A DNA stretch of 62,444 nt, counting the filler, from Choristocarpus tenellus KU-1152 (taxonomy: Eukaryota; Protista; Phaeophyceae), in assembly GCA_964200185.2 (NCBI GenBank). It is 8 parts of 8 records of this genome, joined end to end, with 100 filler letters (N's around TTAATTAATTAA, not from the genome) between each part and the next. Parts side by side here need not be neighbours in the genome. Positions count along the whole stretch, not along the records: positions 1 to 11,672 come from CAXNAD020002191.1; positions 11,773 to 18,821 come from CAXNAD020006783.1; 6 more parts are not named here. One strand, given 5' to 3'. Made by a program: the position numbers and the translations under genes. Position 1 is the first letter of the stretch. Every line of letters starts with the position of its first letter. Below, piece after piece: positions 1-12,332 of the stretch. Under the pieces are notes generated by a model. That model worked only from the letters and a program-made list of their open reading frames with translations. It made no database searches and had not been told where the DNA came from.

Positions 1-89
1 CGGATAGATACTGTAAATGCACTTTTGCTGATTTTGGTCCAAATGGACACCCTGCTGTAGACACCCCCCCCTCCCAGATACTTTGGGTC
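1..89 (-). mobile_element. MITE family B, partial copy at contig start
   Basis: Ends in CCCCCTCCCAGATACTTTGGGTC, the reverse complement of the terminus of the complete copy at 53745; internal sequence also matches. Confidence 0.8.
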
Positions 90-114
90 TGATGGATTGT
101 TCAAGTGGGTAGAA

Positions 115-381
115 GAGTGAAAGTATGTTAGGGTTAGGGTACAAGTTTTGCCCTGTTTGTCCGTTTCGGGCTAGGCTTCCCATGTGTATTTTATGACATT
201 TTACCTACACCGAAACATTTCGGAGTAGGTATAATACGTACGATATGAACAGGTGCGTCCCGAACAAGGATATTGACACTTCCTAACAAACATGATAGCC
301 AAAATTACATCAAAATCACAACGTTGGATTTTGGAACCCAAACGAACATGGCTCTACCCTAACCCTAAGATAGTTTGACTC
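115..381 (+). mobile_element. MITE family A (~260 bp); both TIRs carry telomere-like insertions
   Basis: TIRs GAGTGAAAGTAT...AGGGTA and TACCCT...GTTTGACTC. Body aligns with the copies at 18215, 19961, 25717, 26014, 35797 and 48697. Confidence 0.9.
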
Positions 382-784
382 GCAGTGTTTTATCCCACTT
401 GATACTCTTTACCATTGGCAACCACTATTTTATTGTGCCCCTAACTACACTTCTTTCCTCGGGCGTTTCTCTTCTGATATTATCATTGGGTCAGCGACGT
501 TCCTTGGAGCCCCACCACAACTGAGAGACTTAGGCACAGTGGCTTCAGGCATGGATCGTTTTGAGCTCCGAACAGAAACCTCAGGAACTGCATTGGTCCT
601 ACTGGAGGTGTTAGTGTCAGGTTTTGGAGGGAGAAATGTCAGGATGGGCAAACCCAGGGGGGTATCTCAGCAGTAGGGCAGTAGGGCAGTAGGGCAGTGG
701 TAAGGGAACTAAGTGAAATGCATGGAGCAGGTATTAGCTAAGGTGGGGGGTGGAGGGGTGAGAGATCTGTCTGTTATATATTAC

Positions 785-1175
785 CAAGCAATAGAGAAGT
801 CAATGCTATGAAGTGAAACGTAGAACTTCATCCATAGAAATATGGGTGAATAGCAAAAGATTGTAAAACAGATTGACCCGAAGCATTCAAGAGGGTAGGA
901 CTATGTCCGTTCGGGGTCATAATCCAATGTTGTGATTTTGGCTATCGTGTTTATTAGCAAGTGTAAATATCATTGCTCCAGACACACATTTCATAGTCGT
1001 ATACATTTTAGGTAACTGCGTTCACACAGAAAATCAAAAATTGGCATAAAAAAAAGCGGGAAGCCAAGCCCCAAACGGACAAACAGGGCAAAACTCCCTA
1101 ACCCTCTTAAATGCTTTGACTCACTTTGAAATGCAATATGGTTAATACCTGGGTACCTCTCGTTTGCTTCGACTC
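785..1175 (+). mobile_element. MITE family C remnant split by a nested family A' MITE
   Basis: 785-874 and 1123-1175 align consecutively with the 3' half of the C copies at 41335 and 47024; ends GGGTACCTCTCGTTTGCTTCGACTC. Confidence 0.7.
875..1122 (+). mobile_element. MITE family A' (TIR GAGTCAAAGCATTTAAGAGGG)
   Basis: TIRs at both ends; collinear with 60911-61169; shares internal blocks with family A. Confidence 0.85.
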
Positions 1176-2224
1176 TCTGGTACTTGCCTCACTTGGTTCT
1201 TAAGTACAGTGCAGTATAGTGTAGTGTAGTGTAGTTAAGAGTGAACAAACCAGAACAAGTCAGGCACTGTGGAAGGGATACACACATATCTTGATCTGGT
1301 GTGTAAGGTCAACTTTTTTTTCTTCTGATGATTCTTCTGGGAAAGTGTTTTTTGGATTTTGCTTCCCTCAAGATTTGCTACTAGTCCACACCACCAAAAT
1401 ATTTTGATTTACTGTATCACACCGGCACAGCACATACATGCTGCAATGAATCAATGCATTGACGGGATTGTATCGATAAGGAATCTTTGATGAGTGTTTC
1501 CAGACATTATATTGGTATTGTACAAAATTGTTTAAGTACCTTTTTTTTTCTTTTTGATTCATCCACATTTTCTTTTTGTCTGGGCCTGTTCGTGAGCGAG
1601 AAGAAACTAGAAATGGTTAGCCCAAATAGATGTGGATTCTTCTCCATGTGATCACAATATCAGAGGCTAACACAAGCTCCTCTGCTCTTTTTTTCATCGC
1701 AGGGACAAATATTATGTTGTATTGATCCTCTGATAGGAACCATCTCCAACCTGTTGTTGCAGGACAGCTAACTCTGTTCATCAAGCAGGGATATTTTCCA
1801 TCATCAGTAGTCGTCTTGAGTAGTACCACTACACCAATCATGATATTATCTTAATGATTAGTTAGGTAGTGTCAAAAACCTTCTCGACTGGTTGCTCTTC
1901 TTCCTTGCCAACAATCTTTGGAATTCTCCTAACCAGCTTATCTATTAGGATGTAACAACCCCAAAAGAAAGTACAAGGATCACTTTGAGAGTGGTTGAAT
2001 TCTTCTGTGTGGTGGGGATTAGTTCTGGGAATAACGAGAGAAAGAGAGGACACTTGAAAAGGGAAGCGAACAAGGAAGGTAGTTGCGTTAAGGTGGGCAA
2101 GGAAGGGCTAAAACAGAACCCTGAATCCAACATGTGCCTCAACCCACACCTGTGAGTGTATGCGATAAGTTAGAAGAGGAGACAATCCAGGGAATATTTT
2201 TACTAATGAAAACTATTCACATGT

Positions 2225-2640
2225 CTGAAAAATCCCTAAAGAAGTAACAGTTGTCACAAATATGAAAAAGGTGTATCTACTTCCTATTTTACTGCTATCT
2301 ATCTTGTACTACTGCCTACCTGTTCCTCCAACCTAGCTTAGTCCTGCACCCCAGGGTGGGGAGCTAGGGAAGCATCCCAAGAATCTAACAAGCCCCTCTT
2401 TGCCCATCTACCTGGTGACTCCGGGCTCAAACGCATGGCCCGTCAATATAGGGCTACTTGCGTTGTGACTGGACTGTCTGGCGTAGGCGGGATTTGACAG
2501 CTCCTTTTCTCTTGTAGCCTCCAGTCCCTCTCCCCACTACCCCGTGTATAGCTAGCTCATCCAGGAAACGTTCCGCTTGCTTGCCGAGGCGCCCAAAACT
2601 TTCCACCATGAAGATGTTGAGGTTATAACTCTAAATGTCA
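2225..2640 (-). mobile_element. 3' fragment of a non-LTR retrotransposon with restriction-like endonuclease (CRE/R2-type)
   Basis: Minus strand reads SYNLNIFMVESFGRLGKQAERFLDELA...KGAVKSRLRQ, resembling the RLE C-terminal motif. A second copy with the same 3' flank lies at 11265-11650. Confidence 0.65.
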
Positions 2641-2793
2641 TACATTGTGATGATGGTTGTAAATGGTTGATGAGAGGAGAGTCTGCGCGCGCATCACATA
2701 TGATATCGCGCGGTCTGTCTTGTTGCAATTCCAAATTCTCAAGAATTTACATCTAGTAAGATCGAAGAGGGTGGGTGGGAGCAATTGGAGTTG

Positions 2794-3533
2794 ATGGGGG
2801 ACAGTCCCAACACCCTTCATGGTAGGCGACGGCATGACACGCCGTCTCCTCTATCTCCTCTAATCGGTCGACGTAGCTCCTACCCAGATAGTGTCGATAG
2901 CCTTGAGATATCAAGAAAAAGGGAAAAGACAACAGATGCGTCCTCCAGCCCGAAGAAGAGGAAGAGCAAGCACAGCAAGGACAAGTCGAAGAATACCTCT
3001 AAACGACGGAAGAGGGAGAGGGAGAGGGAGTGGGAGAGGGAGAGGGAACGGAGAAATGGAAAGGGGGACAAGCGAGAGGAAGAGGGAAGAGGAAAGGCAC
3101 CGGACGTTTCTATGCCAAGAGAAACTAACCTATGCGAGGACAGGGGGAGGTTTGTGACGGACCAAAGTCCCTTAGTACAAGAGGGAAACGGAACAAAATC
3201 AGTGGAAATGGGTGAGAATACTTCGGCAGTAAATCCGTCAACGGGCACCCTGACCTTGAATATTGAAGAAGCAACGCTCGCAGAAGATGCCCCAACACCC
3301 CCAGCAAGTCCAGCAAGAGGAGAGAAGGCGATTTTGGCACCTACAGGGTTTGGAAAAAAAGATTTTTTCAATGAACTTCGTCAACAGGAAGCGAAGAAGG
3401 GTCGCTTGGGCACTGTTCATGCATCCACCAAACCGGTTGGAGGAACCAGTCATCCTGTCTTGGAGAAGTCTCGTGACTGGGATTGCCTTAAGTGTGGAAA
3501 GAGTAACTACCGGAAAGCATCGGAGTGCGACAA
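2794..3533 (+). CDS. Exon of a Lys/Arg/Glu-rich protein with a RanBP2-type zinc finger (probable RNA-binding protein); gene continues by splicing
   Basis: ATG at 2794, basic and RE-repeat region, then DWDCLKCGKSNYRKASECDK (W-x-C-x2-C-x3-N-x6-C) interrupted by GTGAGT at 3534. A candidate acceptor at 3581 would supply the fourth Cys. Confidence 0.8.
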
Positions 3534-4699
3534 GTGAGTAGGAATCGGACTAGAATTGAAGTGAACTTTGATTTTTCCCAGGTGTGCCCACCTCTATGCT
3601 GTGGATCCTCAGGGCTCCTGGTGTATTGTTGATTTCTCACCATATTTGTCCACATCACCCCGAGTAACAACGAAAGACAGAATGTTCTCGGACACCAAAG
3701 ATTCGTGGTGGCTCCATCAATGTTTTCAATTCGCGTGACCCAAGATTAGGCATGTATTATCAACCACCCAATATACTTAAGGGTACACTAGTGAAATATG
3801 TGTATGGTTGTTCTTGTTACCTAATAAATGTTTCTCATTATGGCCTCTGATTGCCTCTCCTGCCTTACCACCGCAATCAATGATTATTTCAAACTTTGCA
3901 ATTGGGACCAGGTGCCATGCATTGAAACGCATGACATTGTGGCGAGACTAGGGATCACATTTGGAAGATTGCCATATTTGTGGTGCAAGGTGGGAAGGAG
4001 GGAGGCAATCGGAAATACATCTTGGTACATACTATGAGGTACCCAAGAACAGGGGCCTGCAATGACACAGATGCACAATGGGCTTGCTGTTTGTTGCATG
4101 CACTGATCGACTTTGAAGCTACACACTTCAATTTGTGGTTGGTGTACATAGTCCTGAATGCTGTCGTGCATCTTTGAAACTGATCCTAAAATAGGCAATA
4201 CTAGAAATCTACCTTGCAATATAGATTCTCACCAGGAATTCTGGCCAGCTAGTCACAAGCACTAGTTTTTCTATTTATATAGTTTGGATACTTATGGAGA
4301 TCTAGGAGTGAACCTGTTTGTTGCTGGAAGCCTCATGAAACCCATTTACCATTTTGGCTAAAACACTGTCCCAGGAGGTGACCATGATGCTACCTCCACC
4401 CCTCCCTCTCAAAAGTAGTGCAGGCAGGGGTGGTGTGATGATGATAGTCCGATTGTCCTTCTATTCCATCCCATAGCAACCTTGCCCAGGCGTTTGGATT
4501 TTCCCATTCCAATAGACAAGTAAAATATAGTAGTAGTAGTTTCCATGATAGGTCCTTTTGTTGATTGAGATTATTGATCTGATTGCAGCACTACTCATCA
4601 GTGTATGTGTGCTCCATGATGGCCCAAGACAAATGAAATCACAGGAGCTACTTGCACAAATCAGGTATAGTGCCCTCCAACCTTAGGTAGAGCACATAA

Positions 4700-6150
4700 C
4701 TTTACCCAGAGAGATAGAACAGACCTATCCAAATTTTGTTGGGGCAATGCAACCCTAGGCTTCTTCTACCAAATCGAAGGCGGCGATGACTTTATGACAG
4801 AACCATGAGTATATCGCTCTAGTTCAAGATTTGGATACTCAAGGCTGAAGAGCGTTAGGCCCTGCTGTTCGTTTGTGAGATGTGGATACTCTGGCAGGTC
4901 TATAGTCTATGAAGCCTTCCTCTCACCACCGCAAACCTCCTCTGCATCAAGTATCACACACAGGAAACAACCTATCGCACCTTGCCCTACATAGAAGTCC
5001 GTGTGAAGACTTTGTTGTGACGCTGTTGAGGCGGCAGTGCAGAAAAGGGAGATTCCTATTGGAGGGATAAGTTGCATGCGTGTGGGATTGGGCGGGGTGG
5101 GGTGTCTGTCTCTCGAAGTTGTTGATTCAAGGTGAAGAATAAAAGAAAAAGAGATGGTTGATCTGCATGGAACGTGAAAGTGAGCACATCATCTCCGAAG
5201 GAGTCCTAAATCATACATTGATACAAATCCTGTCAACGAAGTAGGGCGGGTGTAGGGTTTGAAGGTAGAAATTTATGCATCTTTGCTGCAGTTTTATCTC
5301 GGATAGATTTTGATTTTGTTTTTGTACCAGTGGGTATGGAAGGTATCTCCATGTAGTATCTGCGTCTTCATGTGATGATGTTGGTTTTGTAGGGTTGGAT
5401 TTTGGGAAAAATCAGGTTGGGTTGTGGTTGGATGATTTGGTTGGTTAGAGAGGTATGATGTGTATTGCGTTGCTGATGTCGTTGGATGGTCTTTGTTCTC
5501 ACATGTGCTGATGATGTAGATAATCGGGTTGTTGAGGTTTGACGATACTCAACAGCTGTAGAATGTACAGGTTGATTGCAATAAGCGGAAAGCAACACTC
5601 CAGAATTTGGATGCTTGGCTTGTGACGTGAATCATTCGTTCACCTTCCTTGTAACCGAGAAGATGCTGATGTTTGGAGAGAGAGTACGGAGCTTTGCAGA
5701 TGGAAGAGATGGAACCAAGGTGGTCAGGAAACTAACCCGTGGATATGCCTGTATGCCTGCCTGCCTGCAAGGCAACCTTGGGAGGTTTGGGATTGCAGTT
5801 GAGGGGTGGAGTACAAGAGCAACACGCCAACAAAGGTGGTACAAGTCTCTGGTTGACAGCACAACAAAAAAACAACTTTCATGACAGAGTGGCATTCAAG
5901 AGTATCCCGTGATAGCCGGTGTGTGTTATGCCAAAGCAGCACCTAGGGCAGCCCAAGCAGACTAGGGAACATGACACGCTCCCCCACTAATGTCTGCCAG
6001 ACTCTGCCTTTCTCCTTTTATTTTGTAGTGAATAGATTGTTCTTGCACCCTGTCGATCTTTTGTGCGGTATGTGATGGGGGGTGTTTGATTTGGATTGGG
6101 TAGACCCATTGTGATACCAAATTTTCGGGGGGGGGGGTTTCCCCCCTTTT
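4700..6150 (-). mobile_element. Highly decayed LINE-like relic (tentative)
   Basis: Only weak, broken RT-like fragments and a composition similar to 20300-21650; boundaries approximate. Confidence 0.25.
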
Positions 6151-6499
6151 CCTATAGTAGGACCTGGCAGTGTGTGTGACCATGTTAATGTTGTCCTATC
6201 TCAAAGCATTGAGTGTTGGTGTGTTGTGCCTCGATTTCTCGTCAGTACCCTTTGTAACTACCCTGAATTATTTATCATTTTTTTCTTTGGTTCTATGGAG
6301 TAGTTTATATTTGCATCATGTATTGCTTTCCTCTATACCTTTTGACCTCATGTATGGGACCTGTCTTGCCACTGTAAATAGATGACAACGGTGATAATAA
6401 TAATTGGCTATATTGCAAGTTTACCATTCACCATTTCTACTCCAGTAATAGATTAATTTGGTCCCGTCCCTACCAAATCTCATCATTCATTGCCCTTTT

Positions 6500-9400
6500 T
6501 TTTTTTCAAGGTTTGTACTGCAGGAAGACATGTATTTGCCCTCATCATCCATTCCTCTACAATTTAATGTTCTACTTGGTTATCCTCATCAATTGCATGG
6601 CACATTAAATTGTAGAGGATGATTTCACTGAAGGCAGAGAGACTTGTGCTGAGGAAGACCAGGTCGATTTGCAGTTGGTTTGGTGCTGCACTGACCGGTC
6701 TGTGATGATGTATCTCCCTGTAACTGCAACATAGGTCCACCATCTTGCACATGGTGACTGATGGTTCACTCCTGGGACAGGCTGTGTAAGCCACCAAACC
6801 CCTTCGTCACTCCCTCAGCACAGTATGTTCCTGATTGTGTGCTCTCTGTAATAGAGGTAGTGCCTTTTGTGGATTTCACTTTGAATTGGTGGGTACATGG
6901 ATGTAAATATTATCCTATTTTCTATTTTTGAGGAAGGTTTGATCAAGGTTTACAGTCCTATCTGGGGAAGTGTGGATGCAGTCCGCTCCACCTCAACCGT
7001 CTTCAACCTTTATGTATGCAATCTTCTCACACTTGGTGTTTCCTGTATATAAAGGTATTGTGCCACAGCTCTTATCCCTTGCATGCATTACACGTTCCCC
7101 ACATGCCACTTGGGCAAGCAGTAGGTGGGACAGGCTCTGTGTGGTGGTGATGTTGAAGGTGCAAGATGAAAGCATACAGTCCGATACATTGGAGTATGGT
7201 ACAACAACTTCCTCCACAAATAAATGAAAATAAAAAATCCCATCCACAGTAGTAGTAATACCACCCTTTCAGAGAGTTTATTTCTTGCATGGCAAACCTT
7301 TCAATAAAGGAGTCAACGTGTACTTACTCTACATGTATATTATTAAAGGTCAAATGTCCACATGAACCTGCACCTACTTCTTTCCGTGAGATGGATGCCA
7401 ACAAATATCAACGATTAAGCAACCTCTTCCTTTCTCCTTCCCTCAACATGAGGGTTCAAGCCATCAACTCTGTACTGCCCAATTGTAGCAGTGTGAAGCG
7501 ATACAGTATGGGATGCTCCAAAGTTCCCCAGTTCGGTTCACTCCTTTGCGTACCCATTCGCTATAAAAAATACTTTTGTAGTTGTACAGCACTCATAGAG
7601 TACTCTTAGGGTTAGGGCTGCTTTGCGGAAATGTCATGCCACATCCTCTTCTATAGAGGGCAGTGGTATCTCCTCCCCTGTTTGGAAGAATGTGTAGGAG
7701 AGGGTAATATTATTGACGCTATCCATGGCTGGGTCATCTAGTATCTCTGGGTCAAGAAAGAAGAAGACAGGCATGTCTATCTCCTCCCCGGCTTTCAGGC
7801 GCTGCTCCTCAAAGCAGAAGCATTGGATCTTGTTGAAGTATATCCCTACGTTGTCAAGAACAATATTGAGGGGGTGAGAGGGGAGAGGGGGAGATAGTCA
7901 ATAGGAATGGTGACTGCTCAAGAGCCAGTGTGTATTGTTATACCTTGAAGGTATGTGAAGGTAGTCATACGATAACAAGCATCCATCAACAAACTAAATA
8001 GGAGTGGTAGACCTGTCCCAAAAAAATTACAGAGGCTGCATGCAGCCTCTTATGTGCTCCCCCTTGTCCTTATTTCCTCCTCCAAGCAAACAAAAATATA
8101 TACATTTTAGATACCAACATCAAACAAGAAAGCATAGCTGCATCAAAGCACAAAGTAAGAGCCCCAGCTGGATAAAAACTTCAGCATATAGGTGTTGAGG
8201 TTGAAGGGTAGGAAATATTAATATATAAACGAAAAGCAACATTCACACCAATAGACTTGTTCCAATATCACATTCACCCAATAGGATAACTTTGCCCTGC
8301 AAACTTTCCTACCACCTTAGCCTTAGTAATACCATGACTCTACAGTAGGATAAAGCCAGTGCAACTTGCAATGCTCCTTCAAAAATAGGGTACTCCTTGC
8401 AAACCACATTCTACGTAACAGATAAAACTACTCCTGTAGACATGGAGCATGGTTTATACACAGAAAAAATGTGTCATATTCCATGACAACAGCAGACTGT
8501 GTGCATCCATCAGACAGGTAAAAAACTGAGCTAGTCTTATGTCTTGGAGTATCTTCTTGTCTCACAAAAATACCCAACGATTGCCTACAATTACCCGGGA
8601 AGTGAACGATATGTTCTAAATCAAGTCCGGCCTATTTACAACTCTGGATTTAACTGAAAAAATCGACATGTCGTAAGCATTGCCTGCTTTGGGTGGGAAG
8701 ACATTGTAGGTGGCCACTCCAGTGATGTGCTTCTGTGTTGGGTTGGTCGCCGTGAAGAAGGCAAGCGCAGTTTCTCCTGGCACAACCTTTGGATCATAAA
8801 GATGTTGACAGAGACGGGTAAGGGTATAGACAGATGCTCAATACATGTCGGTCAATATCCACGAACAGTAGAGTCCATCTCACAAGCAGTCACATGTTCG
8901 CTTGGATGCTGCCGTCTAGGCTATCATCAGCGCGTGTCTCTCTAATGTATTCCACAGATACAGAACAATTTCATTAGCAGGTGAAAAAAAAACTCCATTG
9001 CCACCGATGCAAGTTTAGAGGAACAGCAGATACAGTGTGATGAGAAAAGTGACTGATAGTTGTCAGTGTGCCAATCAAAGCCAGAGCAGGACACTACAAC
9101 TCTCAGTTGGTAGGAATAGCCAAAACAGGATAGGAGTCGATGGGAAGTCCAATCTGTCAACAAAACAAGAGACTATTTATGAAAACAAACAACACTCACA
9201 ACCCTATGCTCTCGACCCTATATTCCCCTCCGACCCTTTCCCCTTCTGGTTCCCCATAAAAAACATGCCTTGACATCGTTCTGAGTAGGTCTAAATTTCC
9301 ATGGCATGGTGTCTGACACCCCTGCGTCGAAGGTCACACGTATCAACCTGCTTCCTTCCACCTACCACACAAAAGTGGGGCAGGACAGGGGGCTGAGCGA

Positions 9401-10700
9401 ATCTTGTCTCACTGATAGGTGTTTTCGTCATCAAAAGGCATACATGAGTGGTCAAGAGTTGGCTGACGGCTATGCCCTCTCAAAATTCTTGCGAGATGAG
9501 GTCAAGGGTACGATTACATTGCCAATATCATTCCATTCTCATTCTCAAGGCACTGGGGGTCATATCATCCACCAGGGTTCAATTTTCACAAGTGGCGGTG
9601 GGGAGGTGTATGTACACACTTCTGTTGATGGAACTAAGAGTTCAGGGAGTGAATACAAGGTGTATTGGTGAAGCAAGGAGGAACATCACCTTTTACGGCG
9701 AGAATCTACAAAAGGTCTGACCTATTACTGCTCTTTGATATCATGGCTGACCAACGTATCCTCCTTGAATATGAGGTGGAACTTGTCTCTTCTCTCTAGA
9801 TAGGAGCAGCGCTTTAAACGGTAGTCTATGAAGTTGCAAGTACATGTACCCCCAAAACTCTGATCATGCCTTGCTCACCGGAGTCATCTTCATCGCCTTA
9901 TCGACATCAGCCACCTGAGTTGTTCCCCCAAAACCCGTGACCTGCGGAGCAAGCAGTGAGAAGAATATAATGATTCCACATACCTGGACCCAAGAATCCG
10001 AAGGGGACAAGTACTCGATATCTTGTCTAGACAACAGTAACATATGTTGTCAAATTTCAAAAAGGCTTCGACACTCTAGGTGGGGTGGGGTAGAGGCAGG
10101 GCTATATATCTTTACAAATCCTTACTCTTTGGACTGACACCAAAAACATTACACAGAGACCCTTCAAAGATTAAATGTCCATCTCAAGTCATGCTTGCCT
10201 GGCAGAACACCTTGTAGAGTGGCACAGCAGCATAGCTGATACCAAGTACCGCCGTTGCTATCGACGCCATGTAGATTGCGACAGTGCGATTCCTACTTCT
10301 AAGGTCCTCCCCAGCTGCTCGAGAGCCTGAGCGGAGACCGGTTTGAATTGGTTGGCAAAGCTGTCGAGTACAGGCATCATGAAAAGCAGAAGTTCAGGTG
10401 CAGTATCAAGGCTACGGACCTGAAGGGACCTTTACGATACATGTCGGAATTCCACCTCACTTGCACTTGCAGCACGTGCTTTTGTCCGTGAAGGTCCGTG
10501 GCAAAGAAGACCGGGAAAGACTCCTTTCCGGCTCCGGTCTCTTAATATCCCCGATGTAGAAGTCAGCAAGGGGGGGGGCGATGTCATCATTGCTATTTCT
10601 CGAGAACATATTGGACGCGGTAGCCTCCTTCGCCTTGACGCTGCGCCTATAATCCTAATACCTACCCTAGTACTTAGCGCCATCACTCCTTGCACTAGTA
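6500..10700 (-). mobile_element. Decayed Ty1/copia retrotransposon internal region
   Basis: Degenerate minus-strand motifs in copia order: gag-like (~10 kb), protease-like (~8.9 kb), integrase-like (7.6-8.5 kb, ..EDVA*H), RT-like LDQTFL..DNIYIHVP (~6.9 kb) and VAVTGRYIIT (YVDD-like, ~6.7 kb). Many stops; no LTRs identified. Confidence 0.5.
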
Positions 10701-11264
10701 CCATCTTGGGGGACAACCTGACTAATGTGGTTGAAACAATGGTATTGTAGTGGTACATTTGTAATTTAATTTCGTTTGTACACACTGATTGTACCAGTGA
10801 ATATTGGTACGTTATGGGTATATGCATAGTACAAATATTATTATTATGCTGTGTGACATTTTCCAGATCTGTCAAATCCATAATAAGTCAATTCAATGGC
10901 AATATACTCAGACCTTCCCCAAAAGTACTAGGAAAGTACTCTCCCACTTCAGAACGATTGCCTAAACAGGTAGAAACAAACCAACAAGTTCTTCGTACTG
11001 AAGTGGACCGGGAAGACCCATAGGAGGCAAGGAAAAGGAGAGACAAGACGAGAGGGAGAGCAATCCTTCAATAGGTCACTCAGGAAAAGAGTGAACAAGT
11101 GGTAAAGTGAATGAGGGGGAGGTTGCAAGGTACCCTCAAACCACTCGATATTTACTTCAAGCAGATGTTACCTTTAACATGTAAAAACAAATGCCATATG
11201 AATATCAGATTCTTCAAGATAGGTTAAATTCAAGGTATACCTTCTTTAGAAGATGACTCTCACA

Positions 11265-11650
11265 CAACCCCTGAAAAAGTAACAGTCGTCATAAATGTGA
11301 AAGATATTTTGCTGTCTACTCCGGAGGATTTAATATTTTTCTACCAGCTATGCTATACCACTGCCCTCCTACATATATGCCTCCAACCTAACTTTGCCAT
11401 AAGCCCCAGAGCGAGGAGCTAGGGAAGCATCCCAAGAATCTGAGAGGCCCCTCCTTGCTCATCTCTCCGGTGACTCAAGCTTCAAATGCATGGCACATCT
11501 TGATAGAGCCACTTGTGTTGTGACGGGCGCTATTTTTTACAAACGGGATTTGACAGCTCTGTTCCTGCTGTAGCCTCCCACCCCTCTCCCTCCTACCGCT
11601 GTGTGTAGCCAACTCATCCAGAAAACTTTCTGCTTGCTTACCGAGGAAAC
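11265..11650 (-). mobile_element. Second RLE non-LTR 3' fragment, cut by MITE-B at 11651
   Basis: LGKQAESFLDELATH; shares GGAGCTAGGGAAGCATCCCAAGAATCT and flanks with 2225-2640. Confidence 0.65.
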
Positions 11651-11672
11651 GACCCAAAGTATCTGGGAGGGG
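11651..11672 (+). mobile_element. MITE-B terminus at contig end
   Basis: GACCCAAAGTATCTGGGAGGGG. Confidence 0.75.
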
Positions 11673-11772
11673 NNNNNNNNNNNNNNNNNNNNNNNNNNNN
11701 NNNNNNNNNNNNNNNNTTAATTAATTAANNNNNNNNNNNNNNNNNNNNNNNNNNNNNNNNNNNNNNNNNNNN
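11673..11772. other. Artificial contig linker N44-TTAATTAATTAA-N44 (also 18822-18921, 23090-23189, 27564-27663, 35678-35777, 45696-45795, 50979-51078)
   Basis: Seven identical 100-nt blocks whose 12-mer has stops in all six frames. Confidence 0.98.
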
Positions 11773-11984
11773 CTGATCTTGATGGCAGGATCTTCATCCC
11801 TCCCTCACTCAGGTGGAAAATGAGGTTACGGGTGTCCCCATACGCCTTTGAGACTTAGGACAAGAGTATCGTTCTTCTCTTGTTCCAATACTAATACTTT
11901 TGCACTGGCTTCCAAATATAGTCGGATTGCCAACGCCTTCTGCAACAATTAACTCTGCATGATCCCTCATTAGTCAGATCCATC

Positions 11985-12332
11985 ATGATGAAGTTTTGGT
12001 CTGTGGTTTTGGTCGCCCTCTTGGGCCTTGTTAGTTCGACTGAGGGATTTGTCTTGGCCCCCACTCAAGCCTTCGTTCGGCCGGTTGTTGGCCGGGCAAC
12101 TATGTCCCTTTCCGCCTTGCCCGCTTCCCAAGTCGTTACTGCGTTGCATTCCTCAGTTCTTGCAGTGTCAGCCACAGTCGAGCCTGGCACAGTGAACGCA
12201 CCAGGTTGGGTGCTTCCTTTGGGTGCTGTATTAGTCATCTTGACAGCTGGTGCTATCCCTCTCCTACTCAAGCCTGGAGATGATGCAGCCAGGGAAATGC
12301 AGGACCGTGATTCGGACCTGTGGGGGAAGTAG
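11985..12332 (+). CDS. Small plastid-targeted single-transmembrane protein (115 aa, intronless), function unknown
   Basis: Signal peptide MMKFWSVVLVALLGLVSSTEG followed by F at +1 (ASAFAP-like), Ser/Ala/Arg-rich transit-like segment, hydrophobic helix WVLPLGAVLVILTAGAIPLLL, charged tail. Confidence 0.85.
   Translation: MMKFWSVVLVALLGLVSSTEGFVLAPTQAFVRPVVGRATMSLSALPASQVVTALHSSVLAVSATVEPGTVNAPGWVLPLGAVLVILTAGAIPLLLKPGDDAAREMQDRDSDLWGK

Noticed and set aside
668-697. CAGTAGGG x3 and other microsatellites (GTAGT at ~1215, CA runs)
   Set aside because: Ordinary slippage repeats, not the telomeric hexamer.
2225-11650. Direct repeats at 2225-2640 and 11265-11650 as LTRs of the copia relic
   Set aside because: They encode an RLE-like C-terminus, lack TG...CA ends and enclose a host gene.
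11673-11772. TTAATTAATTAA as a biological motif, and gene neighbourhoods across gaps
   Set aside because: Identical artificial linker; the flanking contigs need not be adjacent in the genome.
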